From the human T2T-CHM13v2.0 reference genome, Homo sapiens: DNA of 64,000 nucleotides. Positions 47,524 to 64,000 of this stretch are shown one piece after another. The stretch's first letter is position 1, and every line of letters starts with the position of its first letter. The stretch lies in NCBI RefSeq assembly GCF_009914755.1, contig NC_060929.1; one strand, given 5' to 3'. A program made the position numbers and the translations under genes. The notes under the pieces were generated by a model. That model was given only the letters and a program-made list of their open reading frames with translations. It had not been told where the DNA came from and ran no database searches.

Positions 47524-48611
47524 CTATAGCAAAAAAATAAAATAAGACAAAATTAGAGATCATTTAATCACTAAAACTGATCTTAGAATTGACATGGAAA
47601 ATTCTCTCCAATGATTAAGTCATGTATATTTTGTGTGCCTCAATTACCTACATTTCAAATGAGGGAGTGGGACTAAATGATTTCTAAGTGTTTTCAAGAG
47701 TGGAACATTTCTACTATGAGATCAAAAAAAAATTACTATCAAAAGGGAAAATTTGTATTAGAAGAGATTAAAATGTGTCCACAGAAATTTCACTATAAAA
47801 GAACATGAATAATTTTTCTGTGGGTAAAAGAAATAGTCCTCTAATGGGTCAGATTTTAGGAATACAAAGTCAACAAAAACTCCAAGCCACTGATATACAA
47901 CAAAATTTAGGATTTCTTGTTTCTCTCTTGCATCTGCCCGCTCAGCTCCCCTAATACCATGTGTAATAAGCAAGACTGACCTTTTTTGTTTTACCACACA
48001 AAAACTGGGAACTTTTTCTAAACACTTTTAGCTGTTATGAAACCTGTTGGGCGGACACCTTAACTGCCCAACAACAATTCCTTTTAAATGTTTCTTCTCA
48101 ACATGATTCCTAGGGCAGAACACAGATCCTTAGTTCCCTCAGTAAGAGAACAGGTGTTGGCCACCTGGGCTGAAAGCATCCCATCCCTTCTGATTGAGGC
48201 AATTTCCTTCCCTGAAATATTTCCCTTAAAAATATTAAGGAAATTTAAGGAAAAATTTCCTTAAAAATAATATGGCTAACTCAGTAACCTCAAACTATTT
48301 AAGTCTAAAGATTACTAAAAAAAACTGAAAGTCCTCCAGTGAAGTGTAGAATTTCATCTACTCCTTTGATTTTATAATTTCAGATGGCAAAATTATTTCA
48401 TATATCAATAATACTTAAAGTAAATTTTCGAATGTATAGTCTCATTTTATACTCCTAATATTCTTATGAGTGGAGGGGGTGGCACTTATCATTCATATTA
48501 TTAATAGCACAATCAGTGAGGGTTGCTGGGACCAGAAATCAGCTCATCAGATGCCTGAAAGCTACTTTTCAAAGGAAGTGAATGCCAGTGATTAAAAGAT
48601 CTCAATTGTAC

Positions 48612-48903
48612 CTTTGATAGATATTTATCCTACTTTTTTCTTCAACCGACAAAGCTTCAGAGAACGTATCTGCATCACTGTGAACCACAGAATCTCCTAG
48701 TTCTGTGAGTGTACTTCTGCTCAAACTAGTCCCCAGGGAATATCTGTCAACACCTGGAGCCTCATCTGGTTTCTCTTCTTCAATTGGTTCCCATATATTC
48801 ACTTCAAAAGAGCCTATATTTCTCTGCACACGTTTTAGAGCTTTCACCCTCACTTTCTGGATAGAATGCATGACAACAGACATCATTTCCTCAGTCTGGG
48901 GTC
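48612..48903 (-). CDS. CPLANE1: CPLANE1 exon (292 nt, phase 1-2): (G)PQTEEMMSVVMHS...INIYQ(R)
   Basis: tttccAG acceptor, AAG|GTACAA donor; matches ORF 48602-48886. Confidence 0.94.
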
Positions 48904-49749
48904 CTGGAAAGAAAAGAATAAAAAGTCTTAGTGTTCATTAAAATATTTCAATTCAAGACATAGGAGACCCAACTCTGGTCCCTCCTGGGGACAAGAAACC
49001 TAACTGATGACTAAGGCTTATTTCCACATTCTTACTGGTCGTGTTTTCTTCAGTATTTACTGGAAAGATATTTTAAAGTAGAACTGCAGAAGCTAAAGAA
49101 GGTCCATTAAAGAACACAGTAAAAGAGACAGAACCTAGACCTCATGAAGAAAAAGTATGCCCTGGAAAAAAAAAACTTTAAGTGATTTAACTGTTTTAAA
49201 ACTCAGAAGGATAATTATATTTAATAAAAAGAATAATGAATGTTTTTTCTATTATCACATAGAGAATAAGATAAAATGAGGATAATTCTAGCCAAAAAAA
49301 TCAAGGACATTTTTCTTACTAAAAGTAATAAGAAACAATAGCAAGGGAAGGTTTTCAAGGCTGCCTATAGAAACATTTTAAAACATTATTTAATACATAA
49401 ACAGAATATTTTAGAGGATGTCAAAAAAAAGTATTAAGAAAAATACAAATCACAAATACAATATATTAATAGAATAATACAAAATCACTGGACATACCTG
49501 GACTTAAATACTGAATTATAGTTTTAAAAAGCAGGGTAATTTTAATTCTTTAAAAATTCTGCAACATTGTAAATGTACTTAATGTCAATGAATTGCATAT
49601 TTTAAATGGCTAAAATGGTAAATTTTATATTATATGCATTTTACCACAGTAAGAAATGTGTGTATTCTAATTTTGAAGAACAAAATTAGAAGCATAAATA
49701 ACCATAAAGGGAAATTACTTGTTTTCAACAAATACTTGCAATATACAAA

Positions 49750-49935
49750 GTACCATATGCTCATTTTATATTATCTTACTTAATCCTCTCTGAATACACA
49801 TCATAAAGCAGGTAATACTATGCCCACTTTACAAATAAAGATATGAGGCTCAGAGAGACTGAGCAACTTGCCTAAGATCGCACAGTTACTGACTGACAGA
49901 GCCATGAGCCGAAGTCAGCTTCATCTGGTTCCAAA
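49750..49935. mobile_element. MIR
   Basis: cccactttacaaataaagatatgaggctcagagagactgagcaacttgcctaagatcgcacag. Confidence 0.75.
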
Positions 49936-50109
49936 GCAAGAGATTAGTCTTTCTGCAATGGAGAAATGTTTCTACCTTCTCATACTCCTATCTCAAGGAA
50001 GAGGCAAAAATGCATAGACACATAAGCAACAGTAAATAAATATTTTCAAAACAAAAAGGGAATCTTCTGCAATTTATCTGTTAGCTATCTGAGAAACAAC
50101 AAATAATAC

Positions 50110-50218
50110 CTTTCACAACACAGTGTCTGAGTCTCTGGTGAAGAGAGTGATATTTGTCTCTTAAAGGAACCCTCACGTCCTCAGGATAGGGAAATGCTTT
50201 CACGAAAATTTCTGCTAC
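50110..50218 (-). CDS. CPLANE1: CPLANE1 exon (109 nt, phase 0-1): VAEIFVKAFPYPED...HCVVK(G)
   Basis: T-tract then ctgAAG acceptor (the only frame-preserving AG), AAG|GTATTA donor. Confidence 0.92.
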
Positions 50219-50394
50219 CTTCAGAAAAAAAATTGTTTAAGTTTTATGAGAAACATCATTCTTTTTTTTTCTTCCATTCCACAAATATTTTATTTTAACT
50301 CAAAATATAAATGCACATTTCTTACTAATCTTTTGAAGTCAGGTCAAAGCCTCTCTCTGAGCATCTGTCTGCTAATAGGAGTTTAGTATCAACT

Positions 50395-51110
<716 letters not shown>

Positions 51111-51237
51111 CCCACAAGATATTATGCTAAGTGAAATAATCCAAAGAAAGGCAACATCATCCTTAATTAAAATTAAATAAAAATCTTTTAAAGTCTCTGA
51201 TTCTGATGTAGTTTACTTTCACCTACAAGCACATTAC

Positions 51238-51396
51238 CTTTCTGATTGGTGGCAGTTCTCCAATAAGGCTCAAAATTATATCCTGAATAAGTTCTTCCAT
51301 ATTAAAAAACCGAGAGAAAGGCAGCATTCTATAAGCCCATTCCACTGCACTAAGACAGTGCTCAATCATACAAGAATCAAACTCCACTTCAAGGTC
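51238..51396 (-). CDS. CPLANE1: CPLANE1 exon (159 nt, phase 0-0): DLEVEFDSCMIEH...LPPIRK; contains Arg1336 CGG at 51310-51312
   Basis: cttttAG acceptor, AAG|GTAATG donor, 53 open codons. Confidence 0.95.
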
Positions 51397-51556
51397 CTAA
51401 AAGGATATTGAAAAACATTCATTTCCTTTTTAGTTTAGATGGTAGACCAGAATGAGTTCAAAAGAAAGTTTTGCTACAAACAATAAAATCTTCTTTTAAA
51501 CAATAATTTCCCACTTAACGTGTGTTCATTTTTCTTATTTTTGCCCTGGTAAATAC

Positions 51557-51666
51557 CTTTTCTCCTTTTACATTTTCTCTTGCTTTCTGATATTGCCTGC
51601 AACTATAGGATAACTTATCACGGACATGCAGCATCCAACACAGAGCACAAAGTTCTCTGAAGCAAC
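51557..51666 (-). CDS. CPLANE1: CPLANE1 exon (110 nt, phase 1-0): (G)CFRELCALCWMLHV...NVKGEK
   Basis: gctttAG acceptor, AAG|GTATTT donor. Confidence 0.93.
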
Positions 51667-52237
51667 CTAAAGCAGGAACACAAATATGAAAGAAAATCAC
51701 ATGAGTATGTACATTAATATTATAACAACTCCAACTCTGCTGATCATTTTTTTCAAAATAAAGGTCTTTATTTCATTCATTATAAAATGAACACATGCTC
51801 ATTGTAAATTTATATAAAAGTCCTTATATAAAAGTCATGGAGATTGACTTATAAGTCACTAACAGATATTCATTTATGTTTAAACATTTTTAATACTAAA
51901 AACTATTTCTAATAGTAAATAATTTTTTATTAAAAGCAATACAAGTACACAAAGATATATAAAATCATACTATGTATGCTGCTTTGCAACTAGCTTTTTT
52001 TTCACCTACTATATCTTAGATATCTTTTCACATGGTAATATACTAAGTCTTCTTGTTGCCAATATGGTGTTCCATTGTATGGAGCATCAGGATTTAACTA
52101 TACACAATGCACAGGCTCACAATCCAGCTATCAAAACAAGTTTTCACTCTTCTGCTAATCTTAAATTTCTATTATAGTTAACATGTGACCAATTAAGTGA
52201 AAACCATCTCATGTTCTATGGTTAATAGGACCTTTTC

Positions 52238-52590
52238 AACGGGGTGGTGTAGGCTCTGTAGACAGAGCAAGACCTTGTCTCCTAGCTACTTGGACACCTG
52301 AGGTGGGAGGATCGTTTGAGCCCAGGAGTTTGAGACCAGCCTCCATGTTGGCATGGATGTGGTGAAAAGGAAACACTTTTACACTGCTGGTGAAAACGTA
52401 AACTAGTACAACCACTATGGAAAACAGTGTGAAGATTCCTTAAAAAACTCAAAGTAGATCTACCATTTGATCCAAAAATCCCACTACTGGGTATCTACCC
52501 AGAGGAAAAGAAATCATTATATGAAAAAGACACTTGCACACGCTTCTTTCTAGCAGCACAATAGCAAGACCATCTCTGGAAAAAGAAAAA
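52238..52590 (+). mobile_element. Alu monomer containing an internal L1 fragment (~52343-52559)
   Basis: Alu ..gagaccagcct | L1 atgttggcatggatgtggtgaaaagg.. | Alu atagcaagaccatctct + A tail. Confidence 0.7.
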
Positions 52591-52664
52591 TATAGGAACT
52601 TTTCCTTTGGAGGAAGAAAGATAATATTCTAAAATTTAGCATTCATTCATTTATGCCTTAATTG

Positions 52665-54360
<1,696 letters not shown>

Positions 54361-54496
54361 TATAAAAAGAGAAAGATTTATATATCAACCAAAATGCAAT
54401 GTGTGGTGGACCTTGATTGGATAGATTTTTTTAAAAAAACTATAGAAAAGACATATTTGAAATTATCAAGTAAATTTAAACATGGGATAGATAACA

Positions 54497-56330
54497 TAGT
54501 CAGATGCCACATAATGGCACTCAGGTCAATGACAGACTGCATATACTATGGTGCACCCATAAGATTATAATGGAGCTGAAAAATTTCTGTCACCTAGAGA
54601 CATCATGACATCATAGTCCACACATTACTCAGGTGTTTATGGTGACAACTGTGTAAACACACCTACTGCACTGCCAGTCATATAAAATCTAGCCCATACA
54701 ATTATATACAGTACATAATACTTGATAATAATAAACAACTGTTACTGGTTTATTTATTTACTATACTATGCTTTTTATCGTTATTTTAGCGTATACTCTT
54801 ACTTATTAAAAAAAACTGTAAAATAGCCTCAGGCAGGTCCTTCAGGAGTTATTCTAGAAGAAGGCATTGTTATAAGAGAAGACATCTCCAAGCATGGTAT
54901 TGCCCCTGAAGACTTTCCAGTAGAAAAAGATGTGGAGGTGGAGGACAGAGAGATTGATGATCCTGACCCTATGTAGGCCTAGACTAATGAATATGTTGTG
55001 TCTTAGTTTAAATTAAAAAAAAAAGTTTAAACAGTAAAAAATAAACTTTAAAATTTTTCAATAGAAAAAAGCCTGGCCAAGCACAGTAGCTCACACCTGT
55101 AATCGTAGCACTTCGGCAGGCTGAGGCGGGAGGATCGATTGAGCCCAGGAGTTTAGACCAGCGTGAGCAACATAGTAAGACCATGTCTCTATTTTACAAA
55201 TAAAAAAAATTAGGCCAGGTGCAGTTGCTCACACCTGTAAAGCCAGCACTTTGGGAGGTAGAGGCAGGTGGATCGCTTGAGCTCAGGAGGCCAAGATCAG
55301 CCTGGGCAACGTGGTGAAACCCCGTCTCTACTAAAAATACAAAAATTAACCAGGTATGGTGGTACATGCCTGTTGTCCCAGCTACTCAGGAGGCTGAGGC
55401 AGGAAAAATGCCTGAACCCGGGAGGCAGAGGCTGCAGTGAGACAAGATGGCACCAATGCACTCCAGCCTGGGCAACAGAGACCCCATCTCTACAAAAACT
55501 AAAAAATAAATTAGCTGGTACAGTGGCTTACGCCTGTAGTCCCAGTACTCAAGGGGCTGAGGTTAGAGAATGTTTTGAGCCCAGGACTTTGAAGTTGCAG
55601 TGAGCTGTGATTATGCCACTGTATGTCTCTTCAGCCAAGTATGATTACAAGAGTCAAAAAGGTTTTAATTTTTTTTTAAGTTCATAAAGTAAAAACATTA
55701 CAATAATCTATGGTTAATTTATTATGGAAGAAAAATATTTTTAATAAATTTAGTATAGCCTAAGTGTACAGTGTTTATAAAGTCTACAGTAGTGTATAGA
55801 AATGTCCGAGGCCTTCAAATTAACTCACCACCCACTCACTGACTCCCCTGGGGCAAAAACTTCCAGTCCTGTAAGCACCATTCATGGTAAGTGACCCATA
55901 CTTACCATTTTTTAAAATCTTTTATACTGTATTTTTACTGTACCTTTTCAATGTTTAGATATGTTTATATATACAAATATTTACCATTGTGTTAAAACTG
56001 CCTACAGTATTCAGTGTAGTCACATTCTGTATTCAGTACTGCAGTATTCAATATGGCAACACTTCTTTTTAGAGACAGGGTCTCACTATGTTGCCTAGGC
56101 TGGAGTGCAGTGGCTATTCACAGGTGCAATCATTGCATACAATAGCCTTGAACTCCTAGGCTCAAGCAATCCTCTTGTACAGGTTTGTAGCCTAAAAGCA
56201 AAAGGCCGTATCACATAGCCTCAGTGTGTATGAGGCTATTTTTGTCTAAGTATATCCTATGGTCACACAACAAAATTGTCTAATGACACATTTCTTAGGA
56301 CGTAGCCCCATCATTAAGCAGGCCTGACTA
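54497..56330 (+). mobile_element. Tigger3b/Golem-like DNA transposon interrupted by Alus (55074-55625, 56068-56175)
   Basis: gtcaatgacagactgcatatac..cccataagattataatggagctgaaaaatt start; cattaagcaggcctgact end. Confidence 0.8.
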
Positions 56331-56406
56331 TATATGATATTAAAGATTTATTGTAAATTTTGTCAGTCATGATAATAGAATTATGGTTTTAAAAAATACC
56401 TCATCT

Positions 56407-59437
<3,031 letters not shown>

Positions 59438-59681
59438 TTCAGTTAAATAATGAAGCATGACATAAGGTAATAGGTATCACAATTTGTTTATATAAGAAAT
59501 TTCTGACTTACTATCATATATATCATATATATATACATAGCTGTTAAAGTACAATATTTACTTGTAAACACAAAGTAAAATATCAGAGCATATTGTACTT
59601 TGAAGAGTCAATACTTTCCCAAATCAAATGAAAAATATACCATCATTCATACTCTAAGCAAGCAGTTCATTTTGGACAAAC

Positions 59682-59820
59682 CTATTGCTCTAATGGAAAC
59701 TTCATCAAGCTTGTGGTCTCCAGCTGCTCCAGGTCTAAAAAATGCGATACCTCCTTTACAGTAATTAAGTAATGACTGAGGAAAAGGACTCAGTGAAGGA
59801 AGGGATCCTTTCATTCGAAT
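59682..59820 (-). CDS. CPLANE1: CPLANE1 exon (139 nt, phase 0-1): IRMKGSLPSLSPFPQ...DEVSIRAI(G)
   Basis: acttttAG acceptor, TAG|GTTTGT donor, open and in phase with neighbours. Confidence 0.93.
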
Positions 59821-60467
59821 CTAAAAGTAAAGAATAACCGAACATGTTAATTATCAGCTGTATAAATCACTTTTAAAAGAAACTATAAAAGAATCAGGCA
59901 GGTAAGATAAGCCACACAGAATGGAAAACACAGCACATGAAATCAGCTATATTTTCAGAAACTTACAAATTTAATTCAGGAAAGTCACTAGCTTGTTATC
60001 TCAAAAAAAAAAAAAGGTTCTAAGTAAATCATTTGTACTCTCTTGTCACAATTTTGCCTGTATAAGAAGAATTTAATGCTATTTTTCCCTGGCTTTCCTC
60101 ACTGGCATAGCAAAGAAAATAAAGAAATTTAAGAATCTTAATCTTATCCCAAATAAAGCTGTGTACAGTAACTAAAACAAATACAAAAAAATTATGCCTA
60201 CATACATAACTTTTAAAAAACTAATCTATAAATGGCAGAATTAGAAAGACACCATTTGGCAGCCCCTAATAATGACTCTAGGCAAGGATCATTAGTAAAT
60301 GCTAACAGAGTAAAAAGCTGAGGGGTTGACGGGGATACTTGATAGAGGGTGTGACACGATCCAAACTCAATCTCCTCATCCCTAAAATTAAAATAAGCAA
60401 ACACATGTGCCATGTGCGAGAGAGAAGTGCACAATACTTATGAAAGATTCATTTCTAAAAAAATTTG

Positions 60468-60779
60468 AGGCCAAGCGAGGTGGATCACACCTGTAATCCC
60501 AGCACTTTAGGGAGGCCGAGGTGGGCAGATCACTTGACGTCAAGTTTGAGCCCAGCCCGGCCAACATGGTGAAACTCCATCTCTACTAAAAACACAAAAA
60601 TTAGTTGGGCGAGGTGGCAGGCGCCTGTAGTCCCAGGTACTCAGGAGGCTGAGGCAGGAGAATCACTTAAACCCGGGAGCCGGAGGTTGCGGTGAGCCGA
60701 GACCATGCCACTGCACCCAGCCTGGGCGACAGAGTGAGATGCTGTCTCAAAAAAGAAAAAAGGAAAAAAAAAAAGAAAA
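60468..60779 (+). mobile_element. AluS
   Basis: Full dimer. Confidence 0.9.
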
Positions 60780-60986
60780 TTTGAACTCCAATCTATTTAA
60801 ACCTCTCTACCTCAATGAGCACAGATTAATGACCGGGTTACAGGGGTAAAAAAAGGAAAGAGAAACAAGCTAAACGACACTAAATGAAGAAACGATCAGA
60901 CAAATCTAGAATATGGTGCAGGAAAAATTACCTAGTTTTTTTTTTAACAAACCAAGAATAAAAAGAGGGGAGCTTCTACAGATAAC

Positions 60987-61920
60987 AGGCTGATTTAAAT
61001 ATATTTGGAGATGATAAAATTTATTTCCACGTTTCAGGAAAGGGCTCTAAGAGACATAAACCTGGGAAGGAAGCATTAACAGCAGGCTTGCAATTGATTT
61101 TCTCCTGCTAGTGTCACTTCCAGAAAGACACAATCTAATCAAATCTCCTGGGAAGCATGCTAATGACAGACTTCTTGTCAAATACATTAATGGCATTTAC
61201 TACCAGGATGGTACTAAGAGGTAGAGAGAGAGAGAGCCAGCAAAGAAATGGGGGACCACAGTTCTACAGCCACATGCAACTGAATTCTACCAACAATCTG
61301 AATGCACCTGGAAACGGATGTTCCCCTAGTGCCTCTAGAAAGGAATGTAGCCCCGCTGCCACCTTGATTGGCCTTGTGAGACTCTAAGCAGAGACCTAGC
61401 TGAACCACCCTGTGGTGGTTCTGATGCACAGAACCTGTGGGATATTAAATGGCTGCTATTTTAAGCTGCTAAATTTGTGTTAATTTGGTAGGGTAGTAAT
61501 AGAAAACTAATATGGCTCAGAATCTTTGTTTCAGCACCATTTTTTAATTGAGCTATAACTCACATATCATCAAAGTCATCTTTTAAAAGTGTACAATTAG
61601 TGGTTTTTAGTATATTCACAAAGTTAGGCAACCATCATCACTGTCTAATTCCAGGTCATTTTCATCACCCCAAAAAGAAAAACAAAAGTAGTCACTGTCC
61701 ACTTCCTCCTCTCCCTAACCCCGGCAACCAACCACTAGTTACTTTCAGTTTCCATTGTGTTTCAAAAATACTTTTAGATAACTTATCAAAGTTATCTAAA
61801 AGTCTCTCCAAAGGTTCCTACTAAAAATAATTATATTGTTTTAATTAGGCTGAATTAATTTAATTTTACTTAGGCTGAATTAAAAATATTTGGAGATGAT
61901 GAAATTTATTTCCACATTTC
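60987..61920 (+). repeat. 49-bp direct repeat pair (60987-61035 and 61872-61920), 45/49 identical
   Basis: aggctga(t/a)ttaaa(t/a)atatttggagatgat(a/g)aaatttatttccac(g/a)tttc. Confidence 0.85.
61225..61745. mobile_element. MLT1 LTR 3' part (+,~61225-61512) and antisense L1MB 3' end (~61540-61745)
   Basis: ttttaagctgctaaatttgtg..aatagaaaactaata; ttaattgagctataactcacat..caaccatcatcactgtctaattcc. Confidence 0.7.
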
Positions 61921-62526
61921 CAAGAGAGACAGCAGGCATATAAAGGATTTTCAGCTAGATAAAAAGACCTACCAGGTGTCCTATCTGGCTAGATATCTGA
62001 TAAGAATGAAGCGACAGCTCAGCTGAAGTCAATATAGAAGGGGATGAACACCTGGGAATCAAACTGAATTGCACATCTCAGAAAATAGCAAGGGGGAGAC
62101 CCTGACTAGTGGAGGCTACCGGATGGAAACAGACGAGAATGAACTATAACTTTCCATTCTCTGAACCCACAGAAGGCCCCACAGAACACAGACAACACCT
62201 CAAGGAGAACTGGGAGAAAGCCCTGGACTGAGTTTCAATCTTTAATGACAGGGGAGTTGGAAAAAAAAAAAACTGTAATTGCCTGGAATTAATGGACTAG
62301 ATTACACTATCTTTTGCTAGACATGGTGGAACTAACCTAGAGACCCTGTTCAGAGTCCTCACCTTTCAACAGGAAGAATCTGGTCTGTTTGTTTATGAAT
62401 AAATCTGAAATTTGTGGATTTATAGGGCAGGACTCCTTGGGAAAATATAACAATTATAAAAACAATAATATAAATATGAGTAATTTCAGTTAACACAGCA
62501 TGTAAATGACTAAGATATTTCCATAC

Positions 62527-62691
62527 CTTCTGCATGACTTTTCTTGCCCACCTCAACTGCAATATATACCACTGTGCTACAGGAAAAGAACACTGAGCCG
62601 CCCGGAAAAGCAGGAGAACACGCTGAAGGATTCCAGATACCTTCTGGCGATTATTTTTTTCAGCTTTTAAAAGAAGATCATCACCATCTTC
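62527..62691 (-). CDS. CPLANE1: CPLANE1 internal exon (165 nt, phase 0-0): EDGDDLLLKAEK...RWARKVMQK
   Basis: ttcctcAG acceptor, AAG|GTATGG donor, open frame; peptide recognised as C5orf42/CPLANE1. Confidence 0.95.
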
Positions 62692-62774
62692 CTGAGGAAA
62701 ATAAAACAATCCATTTTAGTGGCTAGTAATGAGAAAATTTAGAATGTTAAAATGAAAATAAAGATAGGCTAATG

Positions 62775-62948
62775 AGCTGAGCACAGTGGCTCACGCCTGT
62801 AATCCCAGCACTTTGGAAGGCTGAAGCAGGAGGACTGCTTGAGCTCAGGAGTTGGAAGCTGAAGTGAGCCATGATTGCATCACTGCACTCAAGCCTGGGC
62901 CACACAGGGACACCCTGTCTCAAAAAAAAAAAAAAAAAAAAAAAAAAG
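62775..62948 (+). mobile_element. Alu monomer (FRAM-like)
   Basis: TSD aaagataggctaatga, long A tail. Confidence 0.82.
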
Positions 62949-63489
62949 ATAGGCTAATGATGCTCACTGCTTCTCAAACTAGGATGTTCCTGGAGATTTA
63001 TAAAGGAAATTCTGAGGCACGGGCTCTGAGATTTCAACTATGGCTATTTCTAGAATTGAGAAATGTTATCTCCCCTCAACGTAAAGGGATAAGCTGACCC
63101 TTGTTCCCAGTCTTACGCTAGAACAGTTAAAGCCCGCTACTCCAGACTCCATTGGTGGGATGTTACAGAGAGGTCCATCTAAGCAGAATCCCTTTTCTCT
63201 TCCTCTGCTGGGAAGAATCCTACTTATATTTCAATGTTACTTCCTCTGTGAAGCCCATCCCTCTGTGCTACAACAGCACTTTGTTCACACTTCTACTGTA
63301 GCTTTCACCAATTTATTCCATATCAATTTATACCTGTATCCCACTGTACTCAGAACTCCCAAGAGGAAGGGCCTTGTCATTTGTCTTCGTATGGCCACAG
63401 TGTTCACACTCAAGTCTGATACATAGTAGGACCCAATAAATGTTTGTTGAATAAATGCTATCCAAACCAGTAGCTAAAGATTATTTTCC

Positions 63490-64000
63490 CAGATAATGAG
63501 ATAATGTGAGCATTGTAAACATCTGCTTCCCCAACATCCTTCTTCCCTGCCCACTTCTTAACAGTACTCAGTTTTTGAGTATCTGCCCATCTCCTACATG
63601 GCTCATATGATTGAGGGAAAGCTCATCCCACCTCAAGGAAGGATCTATTCACAGGCCAAGCAGTACCTTGTGTTAAGCCTAGCCACAGTGACTGTTTAAA
63701 GGACAGGCATGTGACCCAAGCCAGTCTCACTAAGAGTGAATCTCAATCCTCTTGCTTGGAATGCTGGGACAGAAATAATTTTGCCACTTCTCTTTGTCTC
63801 AATCACTGTGCCCATGGACATGGACAAGGCATCCTTAGAAGCTGTTAGTGGCCATTCTGCTCCCACAAGGGGAGCTAGTCTTCAGGTGAAGATGACACCT
63901 CAGAAAACAAACTAGAGCAAAAGACAGAGCCCAAGTCTTTGGTAACATAACTAAATCAGAAACCTGCCCTACAACTAGGCTTCTTCATCACGTGAACCAA
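63490..64000. mobile_element. Old MLT1-like LTR preceded by an L2 end (~63220-63455)
   Basis: ggacaggcatgtgacccaagccag; caataaatgtttgttgaataaatg. Confidence 0.55.

Noticed and set aside
48222-48268. Imperfect inverted repeat ttccttaaa/tttaaggaa
   Set aside because: Short AT-rich low-complexity sequence; expected by chance or slippage.

Overview
Human (primate) intron-rich genomic DNA, not prokaryotic. The minus strand carries 27 internal coding exons of CPLANE1 (C5orf42/JBTS17; ciliogenesis gene mutated in Joubert and OFD6 syndromes), covering roughly residues 1170-2877 of the shorter isoform. The gene start and end lie outside the window. I traced every exon by hand: all splice phases join into one open frame. 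Anchoring on recalled variant c.4006C>T, the summed exon lengths land on other recalled variant positions (c.4804C>T, c.7400+1, c.7477C>T, c.7978C>T, c.7957+288). Introns hold roughly 50 Alu/FLAM copies (one AluYb8), THE1D, MER21, MLT1, L1, L2, MIR, MER2/MER44, MER5, MER20, MER30 and Tigger3 remnants. Most ORF-track entries are Alu-derived noise. I found no wholly new biological system. The best leads are a decayed ZNF668-like zinc-finger retrocopy inside an intron, an exon-like 160-nt segment that is out of phase (relic or poison exon), a GC-AG intron with a competing GT donor that controls a Tat-like basic motif, alternative acceptor/cassette exons, and repeated re-use of the same insertion sites by Alus. 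Repeat boundaries and subfamily calls are by eye and approximate.
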